A DNA stretch of 64,000 nt from Blastocatellia bacterium (lineage in GTDB: Bacteria > Acidobacteriota > Blastocatellia > UBA7656), in the NCBI GenBank assembly GCA_036003885.1, contig DASYSA010000010.1:2045-66044 (forward strand). The letters run 5' to 3'. Positions within the stretch are counted from its first letter, which is position 1. Each line of letters starts with the position of its first letter. Shown in pieces: positions 11,638 through 23,355 of the stretch. The notes beneath the pieces were generated by a model that did no database searches, was not told where the DNA came from, and saw nothing but the letters and a program-made list of their open reading frames with translations. The position numbers and the translations under genes are program-made.

Positions 11638-11762
11638 AACTTCCTCACAACGCGCTCATTTTTCTCGGAGCGCTTCAGAGTAGAGTTCGCTTAGAGATGG
11701 CTGGGACAGTCCTGGTTGCCGGGAAAAGCGGCCAGGTCAGTCGAATCATAAGGGAGCAAAGC

Positions 11763-12254
11763 ATGATTAAAACCCTCTTCGCCCTGGAAGGGATAGGCCA
11801 GGCGCTAAAAATCGAGCACGGCGTCATACATATGGAGACCGCCGAGTGTTTGCAGTTCATCGATATCACGGACCGCATTGTTGAACTGGTGGAAGACTGC
11901 GGAATTCAGAACGGCATCGTGAACGTTCAGACCAGACACACCACTACCGCTATCATGGTCAACGAGAACGAACCGTTGCTTCTGGAAGACATGAAGCGGA
12001 CTCTGGACCGGCTGGCTCCAAGGGAGATCGAGTACGGACATAACGATTTCAGCATCCGGACCGCCAACATGCAGGCCGATGAGACGAAGAACGGCCATTC
12101 CCACTGCAAGGCTCTGTTTTTGCGCACGTCGGAGACGTTAAACCTCACCGGTGGCGTAGTCCAACTCGGAAGATGGCAGCGAGTCTTCCTGATCGAGCTC
12201 GATGGAGCAAGGAGTCGAAGTGTGTCTGTAACGGTGATGGGAAACCAGACGTAA
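11763..12254 (+). CDS. YjbQ/UPF0047 family protein (secondary thiamin-phosphate synthase-like)
   Basis: Conserved YjbQ blocks HTTAIMVNENEP, GHSHCKALFLRTS and GRWQRVFLIELDG. I chose the start at internal Met 47 of ORF 11625..12254, because the upstream part would overlap the divergent regulator gene. Confidence 0.75.
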   Translation: MIKTLFALEGIGQALKIEHGVIHMETAECLQFIDITDRIVELVEDCGIQNGIVNVQTRHTTTAIMVNENEPLLLEDMKRTLDRLAPREIEYGHNDFSIRTANMQADETKNGHSHCKALFLRTSETLNLTGGVVQLGRWQRVFLIELDGARSRSVSVTVMGNQT

Positions 12255-12417
12255 TCTCACAGTTTTCTCACACAGCCCTCATTTTTCTTGCCCCCTATCG
12301 GTCTATTGTTAGCATTCAGCCGGACAGGTAAAGCTTCCTGATGCGACCGAAGACGATTGCGACTCAAGGATCGGCCCCCTCGAAATCAGATGTTGGCGCA
12401 GAGAGAGTGTCTGAAAG

Positions 12418-13974
12418 ATGAATGACCGTACGAAGCTTGGACTCGGGATACTGGCCGTAGCAGCAATCATGGGGATGCTGGGCGACGCGCTCCTGCGGGA
12501 GACACCCTGTGGTCTCAATGTGCTGGTTTGGATCGTGGTAATGGTCGGAGCGGTCAGCACTCTGTCTCGTTTCGTGGGCAGGGATCTCCCTGGGCGCAGC
12601 CTGTGGCTCGCGCTTGCCCTGATAGGGCTCGCGGCGCTGTTCGCCTGGCGCGACTCGCCAACGCTGAAGGTGCTGGATGGAGTTGGGCTGGCCGGCGCCC
12701 TATCGGTGGCCGCATTTCGCGCCAAATCGGGACGGCTATTGCTGGCGGGGATTACCGAGTATGCGGAGGGTCTCTTCATAGCGGTCAGCAATGCCGTGTT
12801 TGGCCCTTTCATTTTGTTGCTCGAGGACATCAAGTGGCGAGAGATTCCCGGCCGGAGCCGGCCACGCCATTTTGCCGCGGCCGGACGCGGCTTGCTGATT
12901 GCTGTTCCGCTGCTGGCCGTTTTCGGCGGCCTGTTCATGGCCGCGGATGCCGCGTTCCAGAATATCATTCAGAACGTATTCGACTTCAACCTCGAGAGAC
13001 TCGTCGTCCATGGGTTCGTGGCGACGACCTGTGCCTGGAGCGCTGGTGGCTCTCTGCGAGCAGTATTTCTGCAGACAGGCCAGACGCTCGCCGCCCACAC
13101 ACAACCGGCAGCGCGCGCCGGCACCGTCGTTTTGCCGAAGGAGCAAAAGGCCCAGTCACTCTCGCTGGGAATCGTCGAAGTAGGCCTGGCGCTGGGTTTG
13201 CTAGACCTGCTCTTCTTCTGCTTCGTCGTGGTCCAGTTCCGATATTTTTTCGGCGGCGCGTCGACAGTCGAGGCGACGACCGGATTGACCTATGCCGAGT
13301 ATGCGCGGCGCGGCTTCTTTGAGCTGGTGACGGTGGCTCTCCTCGTGCTTCCTCTGCTCCTGATGGCGCACTGGCTCTTGCGAAAAGCGAACCTTACGCA
13401 CGAGCGTATTTTCAGAGTCCTCGCCGGCACGCAGATCGTCCTGTTGTTCGTTATTATGCTCTCGGCCCTTCAGCGGATGCGGCTCTATCAAGGCGAGTAC
13501 GGGCTGACCGAACTGCGCTTGTACACAACGGCCTTCATGGCCTGGCTGGCAATTGTCTTCGTCTGGTTCGCGGCAACTGTGCTGCGCGGGAAACGAGAGC
13601 GCTTTGCTTTTGGCGCTCTGGTCGCCGGGGCGGTGCTGATTGGAGCCCTCCACCTGGTGAACCCGGATGCGCTGATCGTGAGAACAAATGCTGAGCGGGC
13701 GAAAAGCGGCCGGGGATTCGACTCGCGGTACGCAACTTCGCTGAGCGCGGATGCCGTGCCTGCGCTTGTATCAGCGCTTCCGGCGCTCAGCACACAGGAG
13801 CGCAGCGCGGTCGCTTCTCGATTGCTCACTCGATGGACACCCCTCGAACACGAAGACTGGCGTTCGGCAAGCTGGTCGCGCCGGGAAGCGTGGCGGGCGA
13901 TCCAGGAGAACGGTTCCAGGTTATGGAGCACTGCCGTCTGGCAGGGAGACGAACGCCCGGATAATTCGCGGTAA
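12418..13974 (+). CDS. polytopic membrane protein (DUF4153/DUF4173-like)
   Basis: 518 aa with many hydrophobic helices throughout and no enzymatic motif I recognise. The opposite-strand ORF 12309..12968 is a high-GC artefact. Confidence 0.55.
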   Translation: MNDRTKLGLGILAVAAIMGMLGDALLRETPCGLNVLVWIVVMVGAVSTLSRFVGRDLPGRSLWLALALIGLAALFAWRDSPTLKVLDGVGLAGALSVAAFRAKSGRLLLAGITEYAEGLFIAVSNAVFGPFILLLEDIKWREIPGRSRPRHFAAAGRGLLIAVPLLAVFGGLFMAADAAFQNIIQNVFDFNLERLVVHGFVATTCAWSAGGSLRAVFLQTGQTLAAHTQPAARAGTVVLPKEQKAQSLSLGIVEVGLALGLLDLLFFCFVVVQFRYFFGGASTVEATTGLTYAEYARRGFFELVTVALLVLPLLLMAHWLLRKANLTHERIFRVLAGTQIVLLFVIMLSALQRMRLYQGEYGLTELRLYTTAFMAWLAIVFVWFAATVLRGKRERFAFGALVAGAVLIGALHLVNPDALIVRTNAERAKSGRGFDSRYATSLSADAVPALVSALPALSTQERSAVASRLLTRWTPLEHEDWRSASWSRREAWRAIQENGSRLWSTAVWQGDERPDNSR

Positions 13975-13992
13975 TCTCAAAAGGTAATTGGA

Positions 13993-14529
13993 ATGAACAA
14001 ACCCATGAAATCACTGACGATTGCAATAATGATCGGCTGCGGATTGCTCTTCGGTCTGCTGGCGACGCTGGCGGCTCTCAATCGCCACGATCAGGTCGCC
14101 GGCTTCAATCAGGAGATTCAGTACGACGACTTCGCCTTCTCAGTCCAGGGAGTGCGGACGACTCGCACCCTCGGGGACTCTACCGCTCAAGGCGTTTACT
14201 ACGTTGTGACCCTCAAGGTTGCCAATCACGCCAAACGAGTAGACTACGAGTTCAAATCCGACAGCCCGGTGCTTGTCGCGAGAGACGGCAAACAGTATCG
14301 CGTCTCGTTCGAGGCGCAGGGATCTCTCGACGCTGCGAGCGGGGCCGGCGATCGTTGCGTTAGGCCAATTCCGCCCGGATCCTCGTGCACCAGAGAGGTC
14401 GTATTCGATGTCGCCCCCGACGTCGCCGATCCTCGGCTGCGAGTATCAACCGGCGGTCTGGCAGGCGACATTCTGGACACCATCTTCTATGGGAAGAAGG
14501 TGATCAAGCTCGATCCGCAGGAAGGGTGA
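13993..14529 (+). CDS. DUF4352-like secreted/lipoprotein, 18 nt downstream of the membrane protein
   Basis: Signal or anchor helix (LTIAIMIGCGLLFGLLATLAAL) followed by a beta-rich domain. It is probably co-transcribed with 12418..13974. Confidence 0.5.
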   Translation: MNKPMKSLTIAIMIGCGLLFGLLATLAALNRHDQVAGFNQEIQYDDFAFSVQGVRTTRTLGDSTAQGVYYVVTLKVANHAKRVDYEFKSDSPVLVARDGKQYRVSFEAQGSLDAASGAGDRCVRPIPPGSSCTREVVFDVAPDVADPRLRVSTGGLAGDILDTIFYGKKVIKLDPQEG

Positions 14530-14530
14530 G

Positions 14531-14646
14531 GAAATGCGAAATTCGAAATGCGAAATTCGAATTGCGAATTTCGAATTTCTCGGTTTTCGAACGCGGGATC
14601 TGAAACCCAACAAATTCGCAATTCGAAATTCGCAATTCGAAATTCC
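14531..14646. repeat. heptamer-array hairpin element, GAAATKC family
   Basis: The left arm is about 7 tandem GAAATGC/GAAATTC/GAATTGC heptamers. The right arm holds the reverse-complement heptamers (AATTCGC/AATTCGA) across a ~30-nt spacer. It fills the gap between the DUF4352 gene and uppS. Confidence 0.7.
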
Positions 14647-14660
14647 CAGGAGGTTTTATT

Positions 14661-15437
14661 TTGCAACGTCGCGATGTTCTAACAAGTGAAGAGTATCTGC
14701 TAAGGCAGATAGACCCGGCGGTCCTTCCGGCCCACGTAGCGATCATAATGGATGGCAATGGACGTTGGGCTCGGAAGCGCAATCTGCATCGCGTCGCCGG
14801 CCATCGCGCCGGGGCAGATGCGGTGCGCAGAGCCGTCGAGACGGCTGCGCGATTGGATATTGGCTATCTCACGCTGTTTGCCTTCTCGACCGAAAACTGG
14901 AAACGCCCCCGCCTCGAGGTCGACGCACTCATGAGACTCTTGAAGGAGTTCATCAGGAAGGAACTCGCCAGCCTGCAAAAGAACAACATCCGCTTTCAGA
15001 TGATCGGGTGCAGAGAGGGATTGGAGCGCTCGGTCCTCGAAGAGGTTCGAAAAGGCGAACAGGAGACGTCAGGAAACACCGGCCTGGTCTTGAGCATCGC
15101 CCTCAACTACGGCGGCCGCGCGGAGATTGCCGAAGCGTGCCGGCAGCTTGCCCGGGAAGCGGCGGCGGGCCGCCTGGATCCCGCTATGATCGACGACGAA
15201 TTGATCGCCAGACATCTCTCTACTCAAGCGATGCCTGACCCCGATCTTCTGATTCGCACGAGCGGTGAGATGCGGGTCAGCAATTTTCTGATCTGGCAGA
15301 TCGCTTATGCGGAAATTCACGTAACTCAGACTCTCTGGCCGGACTTCGCCGAGAGAGATTTCCTGGCGGCGCTGATCGATTATCAGACGCGCGACCGGCG
15401 TTACGGCGGGGTCAAAAATGAAGCAGAAGTTCTTTGA
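14661..15437 (+). CDS. uppS: undecaprenyl-diphosphate synthase (isoprenyl transferase)
   Basis: HVAIIMDGNGRWA motif, FAFSTENWKRP and a typical cis-prenyltransferase length. Confidence 0.9.
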   Translation: MQRRDVLTSEEYLLRQIDPAVLPAHVAIIMDGNGRWARKRNLHRVAGHRAGADAVRRAVETAARLDIGYLTLFAFSTENWKRPRLEVDALMRLLKEFIRKELASLQKNNIRFQMIGCREGLERSVLEEVRKGEQETSGNTGLVLSIALNYGGRAEIAEACRQLAREAAAGRLDPAMIDDELIARHLSTQAMPDPDLLIRTSGEMRVSNFLIWQIAYAEIHVTQTLWPDFAERDFLAALIDYQTRDRRYGGVKNEAEVL

Positions 15438-16050
15438 TTGAGGTCACGTGAATGTCCGGGTGCTCGTCGTGAAGGTTCTTGCTGCTCGGGAAGGCACTGG
15501 GCACCGCGACGGTGAGTACCTCGGCGTTCTTGCCCATTCGGATATCTTCAGGAGCATCTCCTACGTAGGAGCAGAATTGCTTCCCTGCTCCAAGTAAGGC
15601 CATCGCCTTCTCGAGGCCCTCCGGATGAGGCTTCTTGTGTTGGATGTCCTCATTGCAAACCACAACACCAAAGATCGACGACAGATCCGACTCACCGATC
15701 TCTCGCATTACCCGAGACCGGCTTCCGCTGCTCACCACTCCGAAGCTATAGCCCTTGCGATGGAGCGAGACCAGGGTCTCATGGGCATCTGCCACGAGTT
15801 CGGCAGGGTCTTCGCCATAGTGTTGTATCCACAAATCGTCAGCTTGTGGCCAGCGCTCTGCCGGGAGGTTCAACGCTTCGTACATCAAGTAGGCGTTGGG
15901 CGTATAGAGAGCGTCGTAGGCCTCTCGGGTAAGCGCGATTCCCAGGTCACGCAAGCTCTTCTCAAATGCGATAAAGCTTCGATGCGAAGAGTCAGCAAGC
16001 GTTCCATCCCAATCGAACAGGAGGGTAGTAATTGGCCCGCGCTCGATCAT
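15412..16050 (-). CDS. HAD-superfamily hydrolase (phosphoglycolate phosphatase-like, subfamily IA)
   Basis: Motif I LLFDWDGTLADS and a C-terminal GDxxxD-type motif (VGDAPEDI). Its 3' end overlaps the uppS 3' end. Confidence 0.8.
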   Translation of the reverse strand: MIERGPITTLLFDWDGTLADSSHRSFIAFEKSLRDLGIALTREAYDALYTPNAYLMYEALNLPAERWPQADDLWIQHYGEDPAELVADAHETLVSLHRKGYSFGVVSSGSRSRVMREIGESDLSSIFGVVVCNEDIQHKKPHPEGLEKAMALLGAGKQFCSYVGDAPEDIRMGKNAEVLTVAVPSAFPSSKNLHDEHPDIHVTSIKELLLHF

Positions 16051-16103
16051 ATAAGTGTCCCGTTCCGCCTGGTGAAGTTACCGTAAGCGGTATCCGCCGT
16101 CAA

Positions 16104-16204
16104 AGGATTTTGGATTTTAGATTTTGGATTTTGGATTGCGGATTCCGCCATCCACAGTGCGCAATAATCCAAAATCCAAAATCCAAAATCTAAAATCCAA
16201 AATT
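16104..16204. repeat. heptamer-array hairpin element, GGATTTT family
   Basis: The left arm is (GGATTTT)x5. The right arm is (AAAATCC)x5 across a ~25-nt loop. It lies in the divergent promoter region between the HAD hydrolase and glgA. Confidence 0.75.
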
Positions 16205-16250
16205 GCTTTTCTTGACAACCCCTTGGACCCTCGCCTAGTATTTTGATTTC

Positions 16251-17735
16251 GTGGCTAGACAAGATTCAGGACAGTGGGAGACCCGATTGAACATACTCCT
16301 CGCCGCCTCTGAAATCGTCCCGTACGCAAAGACCGGTGGACTCGCTGACGTGGCGGGGGCGCTGCCTAAAGCCCTTGCCCGGCTCGGACACAAGGTCCGA
16401 GTCGTGGTCCCACGATACAATCTCGACAAGATTGAGAATAGCGGCAGACGCCTCGAAGGCGAACTGGCTGTGCCATTTAACTTCGGCATCCGCCCTACAG
16501 CCGTCTACGTCGATGACTCGAACCCTGTTCCGGTCTACTTCATCGACGCTCCTGAATACTTCTCGCGCGGCAACCTCTACGGTGAACCCGACGACACGGA
16601 GCGGTTCGCCTTTTTCAGCCGCGCGATCCTGGAACTGGCAAAGGCGCTCGGCGAACCGTTCGACATCATCCATCTCAACGATTGGATGACCGGCCTGACG
16701 CCCGCATACCTGAAGACTGTCTACTCGGGTGACAGATTTTTCGCTAACACCAGGACGCTTTTCACAATACATAACTTAGCCTTCAAAGGCGCGTTCGGAT
16801 CTCAGCTCCTGCCAAAGTTCGGCCTGCCCGATTGGATCAACACGACCGAGGGCGGCATCGAATTCTACGGCGCCTGCAGCTCGCTGAAGGCCGGGCTGGT
16901 CTTCTCAGACGCGATCTCGACCGTCAGTCCGAAGTACAGCCGGGAGATACAGACGCCGGAGTTTGGTGAGGGATTCGACGGCCTCCTTCGCGCCCGTCGC
17001 GCAGATCTGTTCGGGATACTGAACGGCGTCGACTACGAAGAATGGAACCCTGAAACCGATCCTTATATAGCGGCCCGCTTCTCGCCGAACAACCTGACTG
17101 GAAAGGAGGCGTGCAAGCTGGACCTCCTTCGCGCTTTCAATCTTCCGGAACACCTGGGACTGCCGCTCATCAGTTGTATTTCAAGATTGTCTGATCAGAA
17201 GGGCTTCGACTTGATACTTGAGATAGCCCGGCCGATGCTCGAACGAGGCGTTGCGTTTGTGCTGCTCGGCTCAGGCGCGGAGTTCTACGAACGAGCTTTT
17301 CAGGAGCTTCACCAGTTGGCGCCATTTCAGGTGGGAGTCTATTTGGGCTTCTCTAACGAATTGGCGCACAAGATCGAAGCTGGATCAGATATGTTCTTAA
17401 TGCCGTCTCGGTTCGAGCCCTGCGGATTGAACCAGATGTACTCGCTCAAGTACGGCACGGTCCCTATCGTACGCGGCGTCGGCGGACTCGACGACACGAT
17501 AGAGAACTTCGATCGGGCAACGCGGAGCGGCAACGGATTCAAGTTTTACGAATACGACCCGGCGCGCCTTCTCGAGAAGGTGTACGAGTCACTGCTGATC
17601 TATGCAGACCAGGATATCTGGCGCGCTCTGATGGTAAATGGAATGCGAGCCGATCATTCCTGGGACGCGTCGGCGCGCGAGTACGTCGAGTTGTATGAAA
17701 AGCTGGCGCGTCGCGGGGCGGCGGCCACGGTTTAA
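16251..17735 (+). CDS. glgA: glycogen synthase (ADP-glucose type)
   Basis: N-terminal signature EIVPYAKTGGLADVAGALPKAL, a GT5 / GT-B fold and 494 aa. Confidence 0.9.
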   Translation: MARQDSGQWETRLNILLAASEIVPYAKTGGLADVAGALPKALARLGHKVRVVVPRYNLDKIENSGRRLEGELAVPFNFGIRPTAVYVDDSNPVPVYFIDAPEYFSRGNLYGEPDDTERFAFFSRAILELAKALGEPFDIIHLNDWMTGLTPAYLKTVYSGDRFFANTRTLFTIHNLAFKGAFGSQLLPKFGLPDWINTTEGGIEFYGACSSLKAGLVFSDAISTVSPKYSREIQTPEFGEGFDGLLRARRADLFGILNGVDYEEWNPETDPYIAARFSPNNLTGKEACKLDLLRAFNLPEHLGLPLISCISRLSDQKGFDLILEIARPMLERGVAFVLLGSGAEFYERAFQELHQLAPFQVGVYLGFSNELAHKIEAGSDMFLMPSRFEPCGLNQMYSLKYGTVPIVRGVGGLDDTIENFDRATRSGNGFKFYEYDPARLLEKVYESLLIYADQDIWRALMVNGMRADHSWDASAREYVELYEKLARRGAAATV

Positions 17736-17796
17736 TAACGACTGAGCGAGTGAGGGTAGTGGCCTTCATTGCCGGCGCTAAATCTCTCTGGAGGTA

Positions 17797-18141
17797 GTGA
17801 TGAGCGAATATGTTACTGAAGTGACGGATGACAACTTCGAGCAGGAGGTGATCCAGTCCAAGGTGCCTGTGCTCGTGGACTTCTGGGCCGTGTGGTGCCA
17901 GCCCTGCAAAATGCTCGCGCCAACCGTCGAGGCGGTCGCTCAGAGATATGAAGGCAAGGCCAAGGTGGTCAAACTGGACGTGGACAGCAACAATCAGACC
18001 GGGCAGCGCTACGGCATAAAGGGTATCCCCACCCTTATACTCTTCAATGCCGGAAGCGAGGCCGACCGCGTAGTCGGCACAACCTCTAAGGAGAACATCT
18101 CCAGAATGATCGACCGAGCGCTCGGAGTCGAAGTAGTTTAA
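17797..18141 (+). CDS. trxA: thioredoxin (atypical CQPC active site)
   Basis: 114 aa with a thioredoxin fold. The active site reads WCQPCK where WCGPCK is usual. Confidence 0.85.
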   Translation: MMSEYVTEVTDDNFEQEVIQSKVPVLVDFWAVWCQPCKMLAPTVEAVAQRYEGKAKVVKLDVDSNNQTGQRYGIKGIPTLILFNAGSEADRVVGTTSKENISRMIDRALGVEVV

Positions 18142-18174
18142 CTCCGGGATCGCGTTTCTGCACATTGCAGCTTG

Positions 18175-18220
18175 CAGGCGCACACATTGCCATCGAAAGT
18201 GTGCGCCTGTACGTCTGTTT
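18175..18220 (+). terminator. intrinsic-type terminator after trxA
   Basis: CAGGCGCACAC-(13 nt)-GTGTGCGCCTG perfect 11-bp stem followed by a T-rich stretch (tacgtctgtttg). Confidence 0.5.
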
Positions 18221-18303
18221 GAAAGAAATAACCGGGTTTCACAGCTTGGGGTCCGATTGAAGGCGATCGGGAGATCCTCCGCTTGCTGGTGTCCGGTTCC
18301 TGA

Positions 18304-19611
<1,308 letters not shown>

Positions 19612-19697
19612 GAAGGCCTCCGAGGTCACGACCTGCGCAATGAGGGTGGGGAACAGCGATTGAGCCCCTCCTGTATTAGGCCTCGGCCAATCACACA

Positions 19698-21152
19698 TCA
19701 GTTGCCCCCCACATACAGGGAATAAGCCATCTTCGCCATCGTCCAGAGCCTGCCCCACTCGAAACGCCCCGTCTTCGCATCCCGCATCGACTGAACCACC
19801 ATCTTTCGCAAGTTCGCCGACTGACGCTTGAACAGGAATTCCTTTACGTAGGGGCGTGCGACATCGAAGAAGTTGAACTCCGGATTCATTTGAATGCTGA
19901 CACCTTCCAACGTCATCAACGCGCGAATCAAGTAGGTGAATCGAGCCGGCGTCGTGACCGGATGCTGATACATCACCGGCGCCAGATCGTAGGTCAGATC
20001 TTTGAACCTCACCTCGCCGATCTTCAGGTTAAGCTTGCGCGCGAACACATCGCTGACAATCGTGCGCACGGCCATGACATCCGCTTCCGGCGCCAGAAAG
20101 CCGAGACCTATCAGGTCGTCCACTATCGCGCTCACATCGCGGTTGTAGAGGTGAAAGAAGGCGTCGATTATTTGCCGCTGAAACTCGTCCGATATTCGGC
20201 CCATCATTCCGAAGTCGAAGACCGCCAGCCTGCCATCCGCCATCACCAACAGGTTGCCCGGATGCGGGTCCGCGTGAAACAGACCGTCCTCCAGAAGCTG
20301 CTTGAAGTAGGCACGGTAGATCAATTCGTTGATCAGCTGCGGGTTGTGGCCCGCGGCACGCAATGCGGTAAGGTCGGTAACTTTTATGCCCGATATGAAC
20401 TCGAGGACGAGGACTCGAGTAGTGGAGAATTCATGGAATATTCTGGGCACGTGTATGCCGGCCCATCCTTTGAAGTTGTGCCGGAACTCGTCCGCGCTTG
20501 CCGCCTCGCGCTTGTAATCCATCTCCTCGTGAACGACCCGATCGAACTCATTAATGGCGCCGAGCCAGTCGGTTCCGGGAAAAAACTTGGGGTGGCGGCT
20601 CATGAAGCGGCCCAACCACCGCAACAGCTCGAGGTCGAATGCTATTGCCTCTTCAAGCGCGGGTCGCTGCACTTTGACTGCGACATCTTCACCAGTGATC
20701 AGAGTTGCGCGGTAGACCTGACCCAGGCTCGCGGATGCGACCGGATCATCGCTGATACTGGAGAAGACCTCCGCGACAGGTCGCCCGAGTTCGGACTCGA
20801 TCACTCGCATCGCCCGCTTGTTTGGGAACGGTGGAACCGAGTCCTGGAGCAGGCTCAACTCATCGACGTATTCGATGGGCAACAGATCGGCACGAGTTGC
20901 GAGCATCTGGCCGCTCTTGATGAAGGTGGGCCCAAGCGCAATCAAACGTTCACGCAGGCGGCGGGCCTGCTTTCTTAGCATAAACTCCCGTTTTTCGGAC
21001 CTTCCGCCCAACCATCCGCGCGAATCGAGCACCACATAGACGGCGAACCAAAAGACAGTCCATAGGACTCGAATGCGTCGCGCGAACCTGAATCGACCCT
21101 GATTACTTGCCATCACTAGGATTCTAATCTGCGCGAGGCCCGCTTCCAACAA
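19698..21152 (-). CDS. ubiB: ABC1/UbiB-family atypical protein kinase
   Basis: ABC1 kinase motifs including LGQVYRA-type lysine region context and the catalytic HADPHPGNL. An N-terminal TM helix is present. The likely start is the internal MASNQGR (about 21119). Confidence 0.8.
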   Translation of the reverse strand: MLEAGLAQIRILVMASNQGRFRFARRIRVLWTVFWFAVYVVLDSRGWLGGRSEKREFMLRKQARRLRERLIALGPTFIKSGQMLATRADLLPIEYVDELSLLQDSVPPFPNKRAMRVIESELGRPVAEVFSSISDDPVASASLGQVYRATLITGEDVAVKVQRPALEEAIAFDLELLRWLGRFMSRHPKFFPGTDWLGAINEFDRVVHEEMDYKREAASADEFRHNFKGWAGIHVPRIFHEFSTTRVLVLEFISGIKVTDLTALRAAGHNPQLINELIYRAYFKQLLEDGLFHADPHPGNLLVMADGRLAVFDFGMMGRISDEFQRQIIDAFFHLYNRDVSAIVDDLIGLGFLAPEADVMAVRTIVSDVFARKLNLKIGEVRFKDLTYDLAPVMYQHPVTTPARFTYLIRALMTLEGVSIQMNPEFNFFDVARPYVKEFLFKRQSANLRKMVVQSMRDAKTGRFEWGRLWTMAKMAYSLYVGGN

Positions 21153-21169
21153 TTAATCTCTAGAGAGGT

Positions 21170-21255
21170 CTAGGATTTAGGATTTAGGATCTAGCGCCGT
21201 TTAAGGTCCTCCAGGCAAATCCTAGATCCTAAATCCTGGATCCTAGATCCTATCC
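21170..21255. repeat. heptamer-array hairpin element, AGGATYT family
   Basis: The left arm is AGGATTT AGGATTT AGGATCT. The right arm is AAATCCT AGATCCT AAATCCT GGATCCT AGATCCT. It lies in the divergent region between ubiB and rpoD. Confidence 0.75.
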
Positions 21256-21322
21256 TGTATAAGCAAAACAGTGAAGTTGTTTTAGTTTTATTAATTTTTC
21301 TACTGTTCACCGCCCAAGTACA

Positions 21323-22894
21323 ATGGGGACGGTCGAATTGGGAATCAATCGAATGAAGCCCCGCAAAGATTCCCGAAGGAGTTGCACCATGGTTAACGAG
21401 ATAGAGAATGAACTCGAAGACTACGTCGAAGAAAAGGACGACGAGTCATTGGATGCCTCCGATTCGGAAAACGAAGAGACTGAGGAAGCTGATAAGACTG
21501 ATCTGCTCAAACTCTACCTCCGCGAGGCCGGCCGCGCGCCCATGCTGGATGCCAAGGGCGAGGCGGCAGCAGCCAGACGAATCGAACTCGCCCGCCAACG
21601 TCTGATGAAGCGGCTCTCGCGCTCTCCCCTTGTCGCCGAATATTGTCTGTACCTGCAGGAGGCGTTTAACTTGGGCGACGAGCGAGCCGCTGACATAATT
21701 GAGACGGTGCAGCCCAACGACCAATCCCAGCAGGCAAGGTCCCCGGCAGATCTCATACACTCCGCTCTCGCACACGTCGCGGCATCATACGAGAAACTGA
21801 GCTTGATCGGCTTAGACTCGGCTCCCCTGTTGAGCACGGGCAAGCGATCGCGCGTGACCGCGGCCGGCCGATTTCGGGCAAGGCTTCTCATTCTGCTCTC
21901 CCGGTCGATTAGAGCAATGACCTTCACGCCCGCCATCGAGCGCCGATTGACCAGGCTGATAGAGGAGGCCGGCCGAATTGCTAAGGGGTGCGAAAGGCGA
22001 GCCGGGAGTCGCCCGAATCAAACTCCGATCTCCGCTCTCCTTTGGAGCGCTAATGATCGAGTCCAAATCGAAGGACTCGTATCGAAATTACTGGCGGAAG
22101 GCACAACGTCCGCAGATGAGATTGTTAGAATGTCCAGACAGGTCGCCGCTGCAGCCCTGGCGCTCAGCGCGGCCAAGCAAAACATGACCGAGTCCAATCT
22201 GAGACTCGTGATCTCGGTCGCGCGAAGCTACACGCGGCGAGGTCTGCCGTTTCTGGATTTGATTCAAGAGGGCAACGTCGGGCTGATGAGAGCCGTAGAG
22301 AAGTTCGACTGGAGGAGGGGCTTCCGCTTCTCGACCTATGCTATGTGGTGGATAAGGCAGTCAATGGCGCGCGCTCTCGACACTCAAAGCCGCATCGTCA
22401 GGCTGCCGGCTTCCGAACTGACCCTGATCAACAAAGTGGGGCGGGCGGCCCGGTCAATCGGCGGGGAGACGTATGAGCATGTTTCCAACGAAGAGATAGC
22501 CGAGCGGCTGGATGTGAATCCGGAGCGGGTGAGCGAGGCGGTCGGGTTTTCTCAGCACATCATCACTCTCGACATCGCGGCAAACGACAACGGCGAAACG
22601 GCGGTCACCTTCATCGACGATGGAGACTATGCCAACCCGTTTGTGGCAGCTCTGGATCGATCACGACGTGATGCGATCCAAAGAGCACTCGCCCAACTGA
22701 CTCCGCGAGAAGCCAAGATATTGAGGATGCATTATGGACTGGAGGGCGGCATCGAGCCGCACACCCTTGAAGAGATCGGACAAGATCTCTCAGTCACTCG
22801 TGAACGTGTTCGGCAGATCGAGGCGGGAGCACTTGCCAAGCTTCGAGAGCTGGCGGTCGGACAAACGCTTAGAGAGTTCCTCACAGTCGCGTGA
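21323..22894 (+). CDS. rpoD: RNA polymerase primary sigma factor (sigma-70/RpoD)
   Basis: Acidic N-terminal region, region 1.2 ([15 protein letters not shown]), region 2 ([38 protein letters not shown]), and regions 3 and 4.2. The start is probably MVNEIEN near 21389. Confidence 0.9.
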   Translation: MGTVELGINRMKPRKDSRRSCTMVNEIENELEDYVEEKDDESLDASDSENEETEEADKTDLLKLYLREAGRAPMLDAKGEAAAARRIELARQRLMKRLSRSPLVAEYCLYLQEAFNLGDERAADIIETVQPNDQSQQARSPADLIHSALAHVAASYEKLSLIGLDSAPLLSTGKRSRVTAAGRFRARLLILLSRSIRAMTFTPAIERRLTRLIEEAGRIAKGCERRAGSRPNQTPISALLWSANDRVQIEGLVSKLLAEGTTSADEIVRMSRQVAAAALALSAAKQNMTESNLRLVISVARSYTRRGLPFLDLIQEGNVGLMRAVEKFDWRRGFRFSTYAMWWIRQSMARALDTQSRIVRLPASELTLINKVGRAARSIGGETYEHVSNEEIAERLDVNPERVSEAVGFSQHIITLDIAANDNGETAVTFIDDGDYANPFVAALDRSRRDAIQRALAQLTPREAKILRMHYGLEGGIEPHTLEEIGQDLSVTRERVRQIEAGALAKLRELAVGQTLREFLTVA

Positions 22895-22915
22895 GTCAGA
22901 CCTCTGACCTCTGGA

Positions 22916-23305
22916 CTACGATTCCAGCACTACCTGCGCCATTGCAAGGTCCCGTGAATGCGTTAATGAGATGTGGACCTTCCGGGCACCCAGTCGGTTA
23001 AAATACTCCAGCGCGCGTCCGCTGAGCTTGATCGACGGTGCCCCCTTTTCGTCTCGAAAAATTTCAACATCCCGCCACGCAATGCCATTTGACCAGCCAG
23101 TTCCGAGCGCTTTCATCATCGCTTCCTTCGCCGCGAATCGCGCGGCATAGCTGGCAAACTTCGAGCCTCGCGACTCACAATAAGCTATCTCCGCGGCGGT
23201 GAAAACCCGATCGCGAAATCTGCTGCCCCGACGCGCGAACACCCCTTCTATCCTCGCGATATCCACTATGTCGATCCCTGTGGCTACGATCATCGCCTCT
23301 ACCAA
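22916..23305 (-). CDS. acpS: holo-[acyl-carrier-protein] synthase
   Basis: MIVATGIDIVDIARIE N-terminus and about 125 aa of 4'-phosphopantetheinyl transferase. Confidence 0.85.
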   Translation of the reverse strand: MVEAMIVATGIDIVDIARIEGVFARRGSRFRDRVFTAAEIAYCESRGSKFASYAARFAAKEAMMKALGTGWSNGIAWRDVEIFRDEKGAPSIKLSGRALEYFNRLGARKVHISLTHSRDLAMAQVVLES

Positions 23306-23355
23306 CCAATCTCCGACCAGTCCTCATGCCATTCACGATTGTGGGCGGCAATGCT

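Noticed and set aside
13972-13995. Same-frame adjacency of ORFs 12418..13974 and 13993..14529, which raises the question of stop-codon readthrough
   Set aside because: The separating stop is TAA, not TGA. The downstream ORF has its own signal peptide and an unrelated fold. This looks like ordinary translational coupling in an operon.
14531-16204. Short direct-repeat arrays (GAAATGC..., GGATTTT...) that superficially resemble CRISPR repeats
   Set aside because: The units are only 7 nt, contiguous and without unique spacers, and each array is mirrored by its reverse complement. There are no cas genes. I classed them as hairpin repeat elements instead.
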